Shown piece after piece: positions 1-11,374 of a stretch of DNA of 33,102 nucleotides (positions within the stretch are counted from its first letter, which is position 1; each line of letters opens with the position of its first letter). Made by a program: the position numbers and the translations under genes. This stretch comes from Octopus bimaculoides (lineage: Eukaryota), in contig NC_068998.1 of NCBI RefSeq assembly GCF_001194135.2, positions 42,967,303 through 43,000,404 of the forward strand. Direction: 5' to 3'. The notes beneath the pieces are model-generated. The model ran no database searches. It was not told the origin of the DNA and saw nothing but the letters and a program-made list of their open reading frames with translations.

Positions 1-38
1 TGCCACTACTTTACAGAAGAGGGCCATACCTTCAATTA

Positions 39-420
39 CTAAATACTGTCATGAGATCTTATATGACTAACAAGTCATGCCCTTGACAAACAGCCTCTAA
101 TGCAGATCTTTGAAATATTTATAAGCAGAAAAGTGTCTGGGATTGTAGTTAAGTCCTGTCTACAAAGTGCTCGTTTCAAGATAGATTGTTCAATTCTCTG
201 AGCTTCAAATACTTTACATCTATTGTAGGTCATTTGTTTCCAAACCGATCGATCTTGCGTCATCTGCTCCCAGTCTTCAACTTCCACATTAAGGGCCTTA
301 AGGTTGCTTTTGACAGCATCCCTAAAATATCTCTTAGGTTCATGTCTTGGACATTTACCACGCTGCAATTGCCCATAAAGCAACTGGTTTGGCAACCTGC
401 CATCCTGTGTTCTGTGTAAA
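39..420 (-). mobile_element. RTE-clade LINE, decayed 3' end of the ORF including a terminal C2H2-like zinc finger
   Basis: Minus strand reads HRTQDGRLPNQLLYGQLQRGKCPRHEPKRYFRDAVKSNLKALNVEVEDWEQMTQDRSVWKQ, matching the RTE C-terminal pattern RLPKQLLYGEL..G.R..G.P.KRYKD.LK..L......WE..A.DR..W. The frame continues past the TGA at 75-77 as LVSHIRSHDSI*. Confidence 0.85.
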
Positions 421-647
421 CGTGTGTGTGTGTGTGTGTGTGTTTATGTGTATATTTGTATGTGTGAGTATCAACTCTGAGCCCTTGGAAACCATTAGGC
501 GATTATGCCTAAACTAACATTCACCAGAGTTTTTACCAATCTGTTTTAATATGCTCAGAATAGACACTTTCAACAGTTTAATGTTAATATAACCAGCTTC
601 TCTTTCTCTCTCGGTACACACACACACACACACACACACCTATATAT
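421..647. repeat. (TG)n and (CA)n microsatellites
   Basis: (tg)n at about 423-445 and (ca)n at about 616-639, directly visible. Confidence 0.9.
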
Positions 648-1399
648 NNNNNNNNNNNNNNNNNNNNNNNNNNNNNNNNNNNNNNNNNNNNNNNNNNNNN
701 NNNNNNNNNNNNNNNNNNNNNNNNNNNNNNNNNNNNNNNNNNNNNNNNNNNNNNNNNNNNNNNNNNNNNNNNNNNNNNNNNNNNNNNNNNNNNNNNNNNN
801 NNNNNNNNNNNNNNNNNNNNNNNNNNNNNNNNNNNNNNNNNNNNNNNNNNNNNNNNNNNNNNNNNNNNNNNNNNNNNNNNNNNNNNNNNNNNNNNNNNNN
901 NNNNNNNNNNNNNNNNNNNNNNNNNNNNNNNNNNNNNNNNNNNNNNNNNNNNNNNNNNNNNNNNNNNNNNNNNNNNNNNNNNNNNNNNNNNNNNNNNNNN
1001 NNNNNNNNNNNNNNNNNNNNNNNNNNNNNNNNNNNNNNNNNNNNNNNNNNNNNNNNNNNNNNNNNNNNNNNNNNNNNNNNNNNNNNNNNNNNNNNNNNNN
1101 NNNNNNNNNNNNNNNNNNNNNNNNNNNNNNNNNNNNNNNNNNNNNNNNNNNNNNNNNNNNNNNNNNNNNNNNNNNNNNNNNNNNNNNNNNNNNNNNNNNN
1201 NNNNNNNNNNNNNNNNNNNNNNNNNNNNNNNNNNNNNNNNNNNNNNNNNNNNNNNNNNNNNNNNNNNNNNNNNNNNNNNNNNNNNNNNNNNNNNNNNNNN
1301 NNNNNNNNNNNNNNNNNNNNNNNNNNNNNNNNNNNNNNNNNNNNNNNNNNNNNNNNNNNNNNNNNNNNNNNNNNNNNNNNNNNNNNNNNNNNNNNNNNN
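648..1399. other. Assembly gap (N run), first of 10
   Basis: Other N runs: 8564-8995, 11712-11838, 15115-15455, 17501-17762, 18670-18823, 25298-26288, 27012-27695, 28754-29642, 31045-31054. Confidence 0.99.
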
Positions 1400-1653
1400 A
1401 AAAGACACCATTTCGAGCGTGGTTGTTGCCAGTATCGCCTGACTGGCCTTCGTGCAGGTGACACGTAAAAGCACCTACTACACTCTCTGAGTGGTTGGCG
1501 TTAGGAAGGGCATCCAGCTGTAGAAACTCTGCCAAATTTAGATTGGAGCCTGGTGTTGCCATCCGGTTTCACCAGTCCTCAGTCAAATCGTCCAACCCAT
1601 GCTAGCATGGAAAGCGGACGTTAAACGATGATGATGATGATGATGATGATGAT
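1400..1653 (+). mobile_element. SINE family A (working name), (GAT)n tail; 5' end lost in the gap
   Basis: ggcgttaggaagggcatccagctgtagaaactctgcc...ccaacccatgctagcatggaaagcggacgttaaac(gat)n is about 98% identical to the copies at 16464 and 17288. Confidence 0.9.
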
Positions 1654-1877
1654 GTATATGTGGGGACACAGTGATACTCAATATATTTGTTATAGTAACT
1701 GAAACGAAAGACATGACAGCAATGTTGCTGCCACATATATATATACACACATATATATCAAGAGAGAAAGTGAAACAGGTTGTTCTGCTTTACATAAGAT
1801 TTGTAGAAATCTGTTTCTTGGCTCATTAATGTATTCAAGATATCGGTGGATAACAGCTTGGTTACTCTGATTATATT

Positions 1878-2094
1878 CTTTTCTTCTCCATGCACAAGGC
1901 CCAAAATTTTGGGGGAGTGGGGGCTCAGTCGATTAGATCGATGCCAGTATGCAACCGGTACTGAATTCATCGAAGTTGAAAGGATGAAAAGCAAAGTCGA
2001 CCTTGATGGAATTTGAACTCAGATCTTAAAGACAGACGAAATACTGCTAAGCATTTCACCCGGCGTGCTAATGTTTCTGCCAGCTCGCCACCTA
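1878..2094 (-). mobile_element. SINE family B (tRNA-derived), full length, with 17-bp TSD
   Basis: Minus strand has an A-box-like tggcagaaac and a B-box-like gagttcaaattcc, then gtcgactttgcttttcatcctttc. Flanked by gttactctg(a/g)ttatatt at 1861-1877 and 2095-2111. Confidence 0.92.
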
Positions 2095-2674
2095 GTTACT
2101 CTGGTTATATTAACATTAAACTTTTTGAAAGTGGTTTATTTCTTCTGAGCATTCTAAAACCAATTAGTAGCTAATCTAGTGAAAGTTTTTATTTTTTTTA
2201 GCCATGATTTCCTAATGGTTTCCAAGAGCCAAAGTTGATACACAACTAACACACACAGGAAAGAATTTTTAAAAAATAAACAACAAAAGAATGCATCAAG
2301 ACTCAGGTGCATCACTCCATATTAAACTATCTCGTAGAGGGAGCCACCATAACCAAGAATAGTTCAAAGTAATGCAATTTACATTGGATTAAAAATTATC
2401 ATCATAAACCACCTCTCAACGCTTAACGAATAGAAAGACAGAGCTAATATCAAACGGCAGAGAGTGTGATACTTTTCATTGTGTCAATTACTAAAATCTG
2501 CAAACAATGTTTGACCCTTATATCCTTTCGAGGCCACTCTTCAAAATTATATTATTTCATTCACATCTAAGTCGTTTCGTTTTTCTGTGTGTTTTTTTTT
2601 AAAGTTTTATTTTTTTGTACTAAAAAATCAAATTAAACCCAGTTGATTAGTATGTCTTGTCAATAGAAATAAAT

Positions 2675-2692
2675 AACAACAACAACAACAAC

Positions 2693-2725
<33 letters not shown>

Positions 2726-3200
2726 TGTTGCTATAGTATTAATATTCGTTTTATCATTTTTAATTTTTGTATTTCAAAAAACAAATTTTTATTATTTTCT
2801 CATTATTAATTCCTTGCACACATTTTTATCTTCAACTAATTATTGTATTTGTTTATTTGTTAGTTGTTTTTTGTTTTGGGTTGTTGCTCATATTCTTTTC
2901 TTATTTTTGTACAGTTAATTGTCTTCTTATCTTCATGGTATACTTGTTGTTATTGTTGTGATTGTACTTGTTGACATTATTATAGCGTTTGTTGTTTCCA
3001 AATTGTTGCTGTAACTGTTGATGTTATTTTCATTCTCAACACTAGCGTTCCTATAGTTGTTGTTGTTGTTGTTGTTGTTGTTGTCATGGTTGTTGTTGTC
3101 ATTGTTGTTGTGTTTTTCTGCTGTGGTTGTAGTTGATGTTGGTGTCATTTTTCTTGACATCAATGCTATTCTTTATCTCATTTTGGCGCCGGGTGTTGTT
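2675..3200. repeat. (CAA)n(TAA)n and degenerate (TTG)n trinucleotide repeats
   Basis: Visible arrays at 2675-2724 and 2940-3200. They explain the low-complexity ORFs in this interval. Confidence 0.9.
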
Positions 3201-4045
3201 GTGTTTCTTGTTACTTTTACTGTTTGCCTTCTTCTCTTCGTCTCCGACATCTCTCCTCCAGCATCTCTCCTCTTCCTATCTCCTTTTTTCTTTTCTAACT
3301 ACTTCAACATTATTTCTTCTCCACTTTCTTAACGTGCCATCTCTCTTCTCTAGCATATCACATGAGCCGACAACGAAACTATTACCTAGCGTCTTAGATC
3401 TGCTAGAAACAACAACCAAATCTGCTTCAAATCACTCATTACCATTTTAAAAAAGAATTGTGGTACATGGGAGAATATGTCCAGAATAAACAACAGGGTT
3501 TGTTATGGCTGAATCATTTTTAATCATTTAATCTGTCGGTCAGAAATTACCCTGGGAACAAACAACACCAACGAGCAATAAATACCTCATCTGACTAATC
3601 CCACAGGTAAGAATTGAAAAAAGGTAACATTTGTAGGGATGCAGTATGGTGGGTGGTGGTGTAAATGCACACAAACAAACACACACATTATTTATCTATC
3701 TTATTTTTCCCTCTCTCTTTCTCTCTGTATATATATCTATAGTTGAGAAAAACAGCTCATCAAAGAATGTTATGGTTTATTACTACTACCACCAAGCCTT
3801 ATTCAAACTAATAGTGGAGGTAAATTCCTCTTTGAACAATTTCATACTTATAAACCCTGAAGAGATCATACTAGAAAGGCATAAATTGCTTCATATAAAT
3901 ATGCAATAATATGCAGTTAGAGCAATTGAAACATGTGTTGGATAATTACTATGAATAAACTAATTGGAAATAGACATAAAGTTTGAATGTTCAAATTTTC
4001 AAAATGTATGCTGGGTTATTTTATTCAGTATCTTTCAATACATAA

Positions 4046-4250
4046 TGTGGCAAGGTGTCAGAAACGTTAGCACGCCGGGCGTTACGTTCCGAGTTCAAAT
4101 TCCGCCTAGGTTGACTTTACCTTTCATCCTTTTGGAGTCGATAAATTAAGTACCAGTTACGTACTGGGGTCGATGTAATCGACTTAATCCCTTTGTCTGT
4201 CCTTGTTTGTCCCCACTATGTTTAGCCCCTTGTGGGCAATAAAGAAATAA
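4046..4250 (+). mobile_element. SINE family B copy with an internal deletion and an alternative (D-like) 3' tail
   Basis: cagaaacgttagcacgccgggc...gagttcaaattccgcc...ctttcatcctttt..gtcgataaattaagtaccag..ctggggtcgatgtaatcgact, followed by tccccactatgtttagccccttgtgggcaataaagaaata. Confidence 0.85.
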
Positions 4251-4272
4251 GAAACCTTGCTACAACAAACAG

Positions 4273-4371
4273 TTGGAATCTGGACAGCTCCCTGCTAGCC
4301 AGCTCCTTGTCAAGCCGTCCAACTCATGCCAGCATGGAAAGCAGACTTTAAAATGGTGATGATGGCGATGA
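4273..4371 (+). mobile_element. SINE family A, older subfamily, 3' fragment
   Basis: gtccaactcatgccagcatggaaagcagactttaaaatggtgatgatg matches the family A tail. Confidence 0.75.
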
Positions 4372-4770
4372 CACTTTAAAATCACTTGATAACAATTTAT
4401 GTTACACACATGTAAGCCTTATATTTATTAAATAAATGTATACATACATCTACATTATTCTCATTAGGAAGAGAAAGAAAAAAATTTAATCTTTCGAAAT
4501 TCATCCATTTATATACACAAGCTGTCACAGAGTAGAACTGATGTGTGACATGAAATGACTTGAAATGCATTTCCAAAAAGCATTTTTAAAAGGTTTTCTG
4601 TTTTGCAGAAAATATTTGATGAAACCTAATTACAAACTTAAAACATCACAGAAAGGATCTATTAATATTGTTAAATGTTTCTCAAATGCAAGAACTCTAT
4701 ATATAAACATATGTCTGTACATGGCATACTGCGCAAGCTTCTGCATCAGGGACGGATTGATCTAAGTCTT

Positions 4771-4815
4771 ATGATTCGAATTTGGTAGATGGAAACTATG
4801 TAGAAGACCACATCA
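4771..4815 (+). mobile_element. SINE family C, small internal fragment
   Basis: atttggtagatggaaactatgtagaagacc resembles gatttgatagacggaaactgaaagaagccc of the 12781 copy. Confidence 0.45.
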
Positions 4816-4834
4816 TGTGGATTACGCCTCTAAT

Positions 4835-5062
4835 TTAACTCTTTAATATTTAAACCAGCAACATCCTTCCCATATGTTCTACCTCTTTTGTGTATAAACT
4901 GGCCAGATCTGACCTCTCACACCTACCCTACAATGTCATTCTGAGATAAACCATCACATCATCAAAATCTCAACGCTACATGATAATTACAGATAAATTA
5001 TAAACAATGTGAATAAATAAGCATTTCATTTGACAGAGTAATCTGAATGCTAAAAGGGTAAA
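4835..5062 (+). mobile_element. Non-autonomous MITE with piggyBac-like ends
   Basis: Left end ttaa-ctctttaatattt and right end aatgctaaaaggg-taaa are degenerate inverted termini of the TTAA-CCCTTT...AAAGGG-TTAA type. The right end recurs at about 18005-18063 and 21320-21374. Confidence 0.7.
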
Positions 5063-5129
5063 GGACTAGAATAGTTATACACTGTATCATACCAGTTCTT
5101 ATTGAGAAATTCTTTAAGATCATTGTCAT

Positions 5130-5480
5130 CATGGTGCATCATATGGTTGCAGCGACACTCTAACAAAAGTTTTCAAGGTTAAGCTCAAGTCTTCTTGCTG
5201 CCTGGTCACGTTTGCCCAAACAGCTCATAATATTCTCTCCATCCATTGCATTTTTTCCCTGCCTCTTGATCAACTGCCTCCTTCTCTTCTTTCACTGATA
5301 ACTTTTCAGACCTCTGCTTCAATTAAAGTCGTAATAGGTGAGTTTTTGTCCTTTTTCACACTGTTCAAGAATTGCCGTTTTTCACCTTCTTGTAACACCC
5401 ATTCATATGACTGATGTTCCTTGTAAGCGACTTGTTACATTCTCCTTTACACTCACATTTCAGATGAGTACTAATATCTA
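5130..5480 (-). mobile_element. RTE-clade LINE (BovB-like) 3' ORF remnant, heavily decayed
   Basis: Minus strand, across stops and frameshifts: EM*V*RRM*QVAYKEHQSYEWVLQEGEKRQFLNSV / KLTYY / S*SRGREKMQWMERI. This parallels EMWxxRRML.ISW.EH..NE.VL...KR.LL...KL.YFGH...RSRGR....W...I. Confidence 0.6.
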
Positions 5481-5619
5481 TGGAATACTCATCCGCTTCA
5501 TATATTAATTCCGAGTGTAGGTCCTTCAGTTGAGAGGTGAATAAAATACTCATCAAAACTGATGGAGAATTGAACTAACTAGTGTGTGTATGTGTGTGTG
5601 TTGTAGATAAACAGATCAA

Positions 5620-5880
5620 ATAAAAGGATCAGAAGTCTTTCCTGTGCCATTGAACTCATATGACCATTTTCCCAGATTTTGTGGCATATGTATTTCTCCT
5701 CCTGGATGGGAAGCCAGTTCATCGAAGAATTACTCACTTTTGCCAGCTGAATGGATTGGAGCAATATGAAACGAAATGTTTTTGCTCAAGACCACAAAGC
5801 ATTACTTGACCCAGAAATTGAACCCACAGTCATACAATTACGAGTGCAACATCCTAACCACTATGCCACATGACTTCACA
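5620..5880 (-). mobile_element. SINE family F (tRNA head plus CORE-like segment), diverged
   Basis: Minus strand: tgtgaagtcatgtggcatagtggttagg (A box), gggttcaatttc (B box), gtggtcttgagcaaaaacattt (CORE-like). A related head is at 31705. Confidence 0.7.
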
Positions 5881-5923
5881 CAAATAGACAGAAAGATAGA
5901 TGATGTATATAGAGAAATAAATA

Positions 5924-6120
5924 TGTTTCTTTATTAGCCACACAGGGCTGAACACAGAGGGGACAAGTTACAAAGTAGAGCTTTTCTTTTTGGGGAGGAG
6001 AAGGGAAAAAAATGAAAAACGGGGGGTAGATTTTCGATCAAAAGGGATCGTGGAAAAAAAAAAAAAGATCAGTTGGGGTCGTGTATCACAGAAATGTCAT
6101 GATGTAAAGTGTAAAGGGGG
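5924..6120 (-). mobile_element. Retroposon 3' end D (probable LINE 3' UTR with AATAAA)
   Basis: Ends tcccctctgtgttcagccctgtgtggctaataaagaaaca. Flanked by a 10-bp direct repeat, gaaataaata, at 5914-5923 and 6121-6130. Second copy at about 20003-20067. Confidence 0.7.
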
Positions 6121-6524
6121 GAAATAAATAGATAGAAAGACAAGTAGATAATAGACAAATATATACCTCAACTCACAAACTCAAATCTTTGAGAGTTATC
6201 TTTTTCAGCTTTACATCTTTTTTTTCAAAAAAATTAATTGAAGAAAATAAATTTCAACTTCTGTCGATTTATCTGATATTATGTCAGTCTCAGCAAAGAT
6301 GCTTAAAACATAGAAATTTTAAAAAAGCACCAAAAAAAAACAAAACAAACAAACCAATGCTGCGATTGAAAATCCAATAAAATATGAGCTAAAGTATGTA
6401 CAAGCCATTTATTAAAACAGATATAAGCTAATAAAGTTTTTTAAATATCTTTTTTGTGTTATGTCGCCTTTCAACTTAAGTTATGTGTCTTGGAACCAGT
6501 AACTGTCATAAGTTGAGTTATGCC

Positions 6525-6732
6525 TGTATACATATGTGTGTGTGTATGCATGTGCATGAGCATATATAAAAATATATATTTGCACAGATATATATATATA
6601 TATGTGCAGATATATATATGTGCACACAATATATATATATACACATATATATATATACACACATATGTATACATATATATATAGATATGTATATAAACAC
6701 ACATATTTTTATATATATATATATAATATATA

Positions 6733-6768
<36 letters not shown>

Positions 6769-6836
6769 TGCATGTGTATATGAAACATGCAAAGTGTATT
6801 TGTGCATGTGTGTGTGTATATATATATATATATATA
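6525..6836. repeat. Compound (TA)n/(TG)n/(CA)n microsatellite
   Basis: Alternating purine-pyrimidine array; the source of the I/Y/C/V/H/T ORFs. Confidence 0.95.
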
Positions 6837-7412
6837 CAGGGTGCTATGGGTAAATTGTCACCATTCTATACTACTAGCATCATCCATACATACTGTTTGT
6901 TTTTGATTTTGTTGACTACACAGTATAGTTGGGCACTGTCTGTGAGAAAAACAGTACCATGTTCCAATTCACTCTATCAGAAATTTGGAAATGACATATT
7001 GAAGAGCTTGGCATTCAGGCCGGAAGCTCCAATACAAACATTTCAGAGTGTTTAGGTGGCTATCTGAGGTCAGTGCAATCTGAGGTCAGTGCAATCTGAG
7101 GTCAGTGCAATCTGAGGACATGTACCAAGAGTGATAAAAATCAAGCATCCAGTCAGCATCATATTTGGAGTGATCACTAGCAATGGTGACATTATGCCTT
7201 CATTCATCTTCCCACATGGTCTCAGACACAACATGGTGGCCTACATCAAGTACTTGGAGGAGGTAGTGCTGCCCTGGATCAAGAAGATGGCTGCTGGAAA
7301 ACCCTATGTCTTGCAACAGGAGTCTGCACCATACCACACAAGCAGGAGAACCCAGTTCTGGGTGTTAGACAATTTCTACGACCACACCACCCCTAACATC
7401 TAGCCACCTAAC
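6837..7412 (+). mobile_element. IS630-Tc1-mariner transposon (maT/DD37D-like), internally deleted and 3'-truncated
   Basis: Starts TA-cagggtg, a typical Tc1/mariner TIR start. N-terminus MFQFTLSEIWK*HIEELGIQAGSSNTNISECLG begins at 6959. The catalytic part reads KHPVSIIFGVITSNGDIMPSFIF...YLEEVVLPWI...PYVLQQESAPYHTSRRTQ..DNFYDHTTPNI*PPN (the QQDSAP and WPPNSPD motifs, decayed). The third Asp is not present, so the DDxD spacing cannot be counted. Confidence 0.88.
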
Positions 7413-7424
7413 ATATTGACATGC

Positions 7425-7452
7425 ATATGTACATGTAACAAACATGTATACA

Positions 7453-7529
<77 letters not shown>

Positions 7530-7684
7530 CTTGCTTCTATATGTTGATTCCCTGACGATGAATATATGTGGAATTCCAGCAGCTTTTACTTCTTTGGAGT
7601 AGTGTACACATATATTTTGAAACATATGTAGGAATTAAAGGAACTTTTATTTATGTGTGTTTTGTTCCATTTATTGTTATTATT

Positions 7685-7734
<50 letters not shown>

Positions 7735-7940
7735 TATGTATATATATGTATATTTTAAATTATGTAAATGTTTATAAAATGTTGGTAGTAAATATGAATT
7801 TATGTATATTGGTACACATGTGTGTGTGTGTTTGTGTGTATACATGCTTGTATGTGTGTATATACATGCATATGAATGTGTACATGTATATGTGTGTGCT
7901 GATGTATGTGTGTGTTTGCATGTGCGTGAGTAGACAGTTA
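7425..7940. repeat. Compound dinucleotide microsatellites
   Basis: (tg)n(ta)n at 7455-7525 and 7690-7930. Confidence 0.9.
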
Positions 7941-8239
7941 TATTGCAACAGCTTATAGTATAACTTGGCAAGATTTTGGTTACTGGTGGCTAATAACCAG
8001 CTGAGCAACAGGGGCAGTGAAGGGGCTGAACAAATAAAACCCCCTACTTTGTAAATGAACTTCTGCAGATGAAAAGGTTATAGGTATAAACTTCAATGGC
8101 ACCTGAAATGGTTAAATAACATGAAATTGGTGCCAATATTGTTGCACTACTTGTCATTTGGCTAATTTCACGGAAAGTTCTGAACATTTTGGCACCTAAT
8201 AATTGTTGTACATGTCGTCCAAGATTTCATTCTTTAAGC

Positions 8240-9189
8240 CAGTGTATATATATATTTGTATGTATACATACATATTTGTATGTCTATGTATATATATATA
8301 TGAATATAACGGAATCGCTGAATGAATATTTGTATATGTGTGTGTGTGTGTTTATATATATGTTTAAATGCATGCATGTATGTGTGCATGTGTTGTTATT
8401 CATATGTGCCCCTATTTCCTGGCAGTTTTACAGAAAATGTTGTGCATGTACAAACTGACATGCAAATATTGGCACCCTGACACAAAGACGAGGATGTAAC
8501 TATGAATACACATATATATATAATATATACATACATACACATATATATATATATATATATATANNNNNNNNNNNNNNNNNNNNNNNNNNNNNNNNNNNNN
8601 NNNNNNNNNNNNNNNNNNNNNNNNNNNNNNNNNNNNNNNNNNNNNNNNNNNNNNNNNNNNNNNNNNNNNNNNNNNNNNNNNNNNNNNNNNNNNNNNNNNN
8701 NNNNNNNNNNNNNNNNNNNNNNNNNNNNNNNNNNNNNNNNNNNNNNNNNNNNNNNNNNNNNNNNNNNNNNNNNNNNNNNNNNNNNNNNNNNNNNNNNNNN
8801 NNNNNNNNNNNNNNNNNNNNNNNNNNNNNNNNNNNNNNNNNNNNNNNNNNNNNNNNNNNNNNNNNNNNNNNNNNNNNNNNNNNNNNNNNNNNNNNNNNNN
8901 NNNNNNNNNNNNNNNNNNNNNNNNNNNNNNNNNNNNNNNNNNNNNNNNNNNNNNNNNNNNNNNNNNNNNNNNNNNNNNNNNNNNNNNNNNNNNNNTATAT
9001 GTATGTATATATATATATATATGTATGTATGTATATATATATATGTATGTATGTATATATATATATGTATGTATGTATATATATATGTATGTATGTATGT
9101 ATATGTATGTATATATATGTATGTATTTATGTATATATATGTATGTATGTATATATATGTATGTATTTATGTATATATATGTATGTATG

Positions 9190-9224
<35 letters not shown>

Positions 9225-9585
9225 ATACATGTATGTAAATGTATATGCATTTATGTGTGTGTGACTGTGTGTGTGTCTGTGTGTGAGTATGGGTAGATAT
9301 GCACACATACAAATGTGAGTACCTCTACACAAGCATGTATACAAATCGACACTAAATCTGCTTATAGTCTGTGACATACATACATGTACAAATGAATACA
9401 AACTTGTATACAAAATATAAACACATGGATGCACACAGTATACACACAGTGCACTATTACAGACACACACATACATAAATAGATATGTAGATATGTACAT
9501 ATACACACACTTATATACACACATAGATACATATACGCATACATGTAGACGCATATACAGACAGTCACACATACGCACACACTGA
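8240..9585. repeat. Compound (TA)/(TATG)/(CA) microsatellite region around a gap
   Basis: Directly visible. The 448-aa ORF here is a product of the gap and repeats. Confidence 0.9.
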
Positions 9586-9928
9586 AACAACGATAGTATA
9601 ATGAATGTTGATGGAAGACAAATATTAATTATTTGGTTTAGAAACATTTTTTCATTAACTTTAATGAGAATTGAAAGAAAATGAGACATAATTAGTTTCG
9701 TTTTGACAAAATTTATTATTTGACAAAATTTATTGTGAAGTAACAGAATTGATAGCATACCACACTATGTCTTCATAGGTCACAAGATCAAATCATTCAC
9801 TTTGATATATCAGTTCAAACAATGTTTATGTCAGTCATGAGCAAATAACAGCTCATGGGACTTCCTGATTGGTTGGCACAACTAATAAAAGATAATCTTG
9901 AATTGCTATTAGTAGTCTGTCTGATATT

Positions 9929-10130
9929 AGGTGGAAAGCTGGCAGAACCGTTAGCATGCTTGACAACCGATGTTGGTGTGTTTACCTCCCTGTAACTTAC
10001 CAGTTCAGCAAAACAGACTGATAGAATAAGTACTAGGCTTACAAAGAATAATTCCTGGGGTCGATTTGTTCGACTAAAGGTGGTGCTCCAGCTTGGCCGC
10101 AGTCAAATGACTTAAGCATATGAAAAAAGA
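9929..10130 (+). mobile_element. Chimeric SINE: family B head joined to the family C 3' half
   Basis: aggtggaaagctggcagaaccgttagcatgc (B head) runs directly into ttgacaaccgatgttggtgtg...ctggggtcgatttgttcgactaaagg...gcagtcaaatgact (C 3' half; compare 13015-13170). Confidence 0.8.
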
Positions 10131-10487
10131 AAAAACAGAAAAAAAACATTAATATTTTTTGGTATTTTGTACTAGTAACGAATATATCTTCCCATATGCT
10201 AAATATTTCTCAATATTTTGCAAAACTAATCACTGTATCTACCAATATCCTGTAAAAAAATTTTGTTACATATATTTGCATGAGTAAAGATATGATTACA
10301 TTTTTTGTTTCTCTCGTTGCAACTTATATAATCTTATTGTCCTATAATCTGGAGTTTGTCCATCATACGACATAGTGAACAGAACAACCAAACATAATTA
10401 ATATCCAGATCATAAAACTCCGAAGCACAAAAAAATATAAATTAATATCTTACTCGGCTAGTAATAATATTTGAGGAAAAGCAAATA

Positions 10488-10812
10488 TATATATACTTAT
10501 ATATATATATATGTGTGTGTGTGTGCTTGAGTGTGTATGTGTGTATGTATGTGCGTGTGTGTATATGTGTGTATATGTGCGTGTATGTGCATATATGTGT
10601 ATATGAGTGTATATATATGTGTGAGTGTGTGTATATATATATGTGTGTGTGTGTGTGTGTATATATGTGTGTGTGTATGTGTCTGCATATATGTGTGTGT
10701 ATATATGTGTGTATATGTATACATGTCTCTGTGTGTGTGTATGCATATATACATATATATGAGTGTGTATATATATACATATATATATGTGTATGCATGT
10801 ATGTATGTATAA
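10488..10812. repeat. Compound (TG)/(TA) microsatellite
   Basis: Directly visible. Confidence 0.95.
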
Positions 10813-11374
10813 ATAAAATATAAAATAAAAAATATATAAAAAGGAACTAAATTTAGATTTCTTGGCTTGAGTAGTATCTGAGATAACAACCTAAAGAAAA
10901 AAGAAAGAATCAAACAAACAGATAAATAACTTTAGCAGGGACACCAGATAGATATTTTTTTTTTCATGTGCGTGTGATTTAGTTACGTTTGATAGTGGAA
11001 ACGGGTGAAGGAATATCGGTGAAGAATGTTCAGGAAAAAAAAAAAAGAAAAAGAAAAAGAGAAACAAGCTGGATCACTTAATGTTAATTACATCATTCCT
11101 GATGCGGCGCTAATGAACCCGTCATTTATTTATCATCATGTTGTTATGTGCACTAAATATTGCAGCCCCGCAACTTTCATATGTTACTTTACCAATTCGA
11201 TTCTTTTTCTTGAATTTTTTTTCTGCGGTGGTAGTCGTGGTGGGATTTTTTTTCCATCTCAAAAGCAGTTGTCCATCATACAGCAACTTTTTTTTCTTTC
11301 TTTGTTCCTCCTTTTATAGAATTATTACATCATTTGATGTATTTACATGTCGCTTTATCAGAAAGTGTATTTTC

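Noticed and set aside
3646-3909. 87-aa non-repetitive ORF
   Set aside because: No recognisable motif; its start lies in low-complexity sequence; length is within chance expectation.
7062-7117. CRISPR-like short direct repeats
   Set aside because: Contiguous 16-bp tandem copies with no spacers, inside a eukaryotic transposon remnant.
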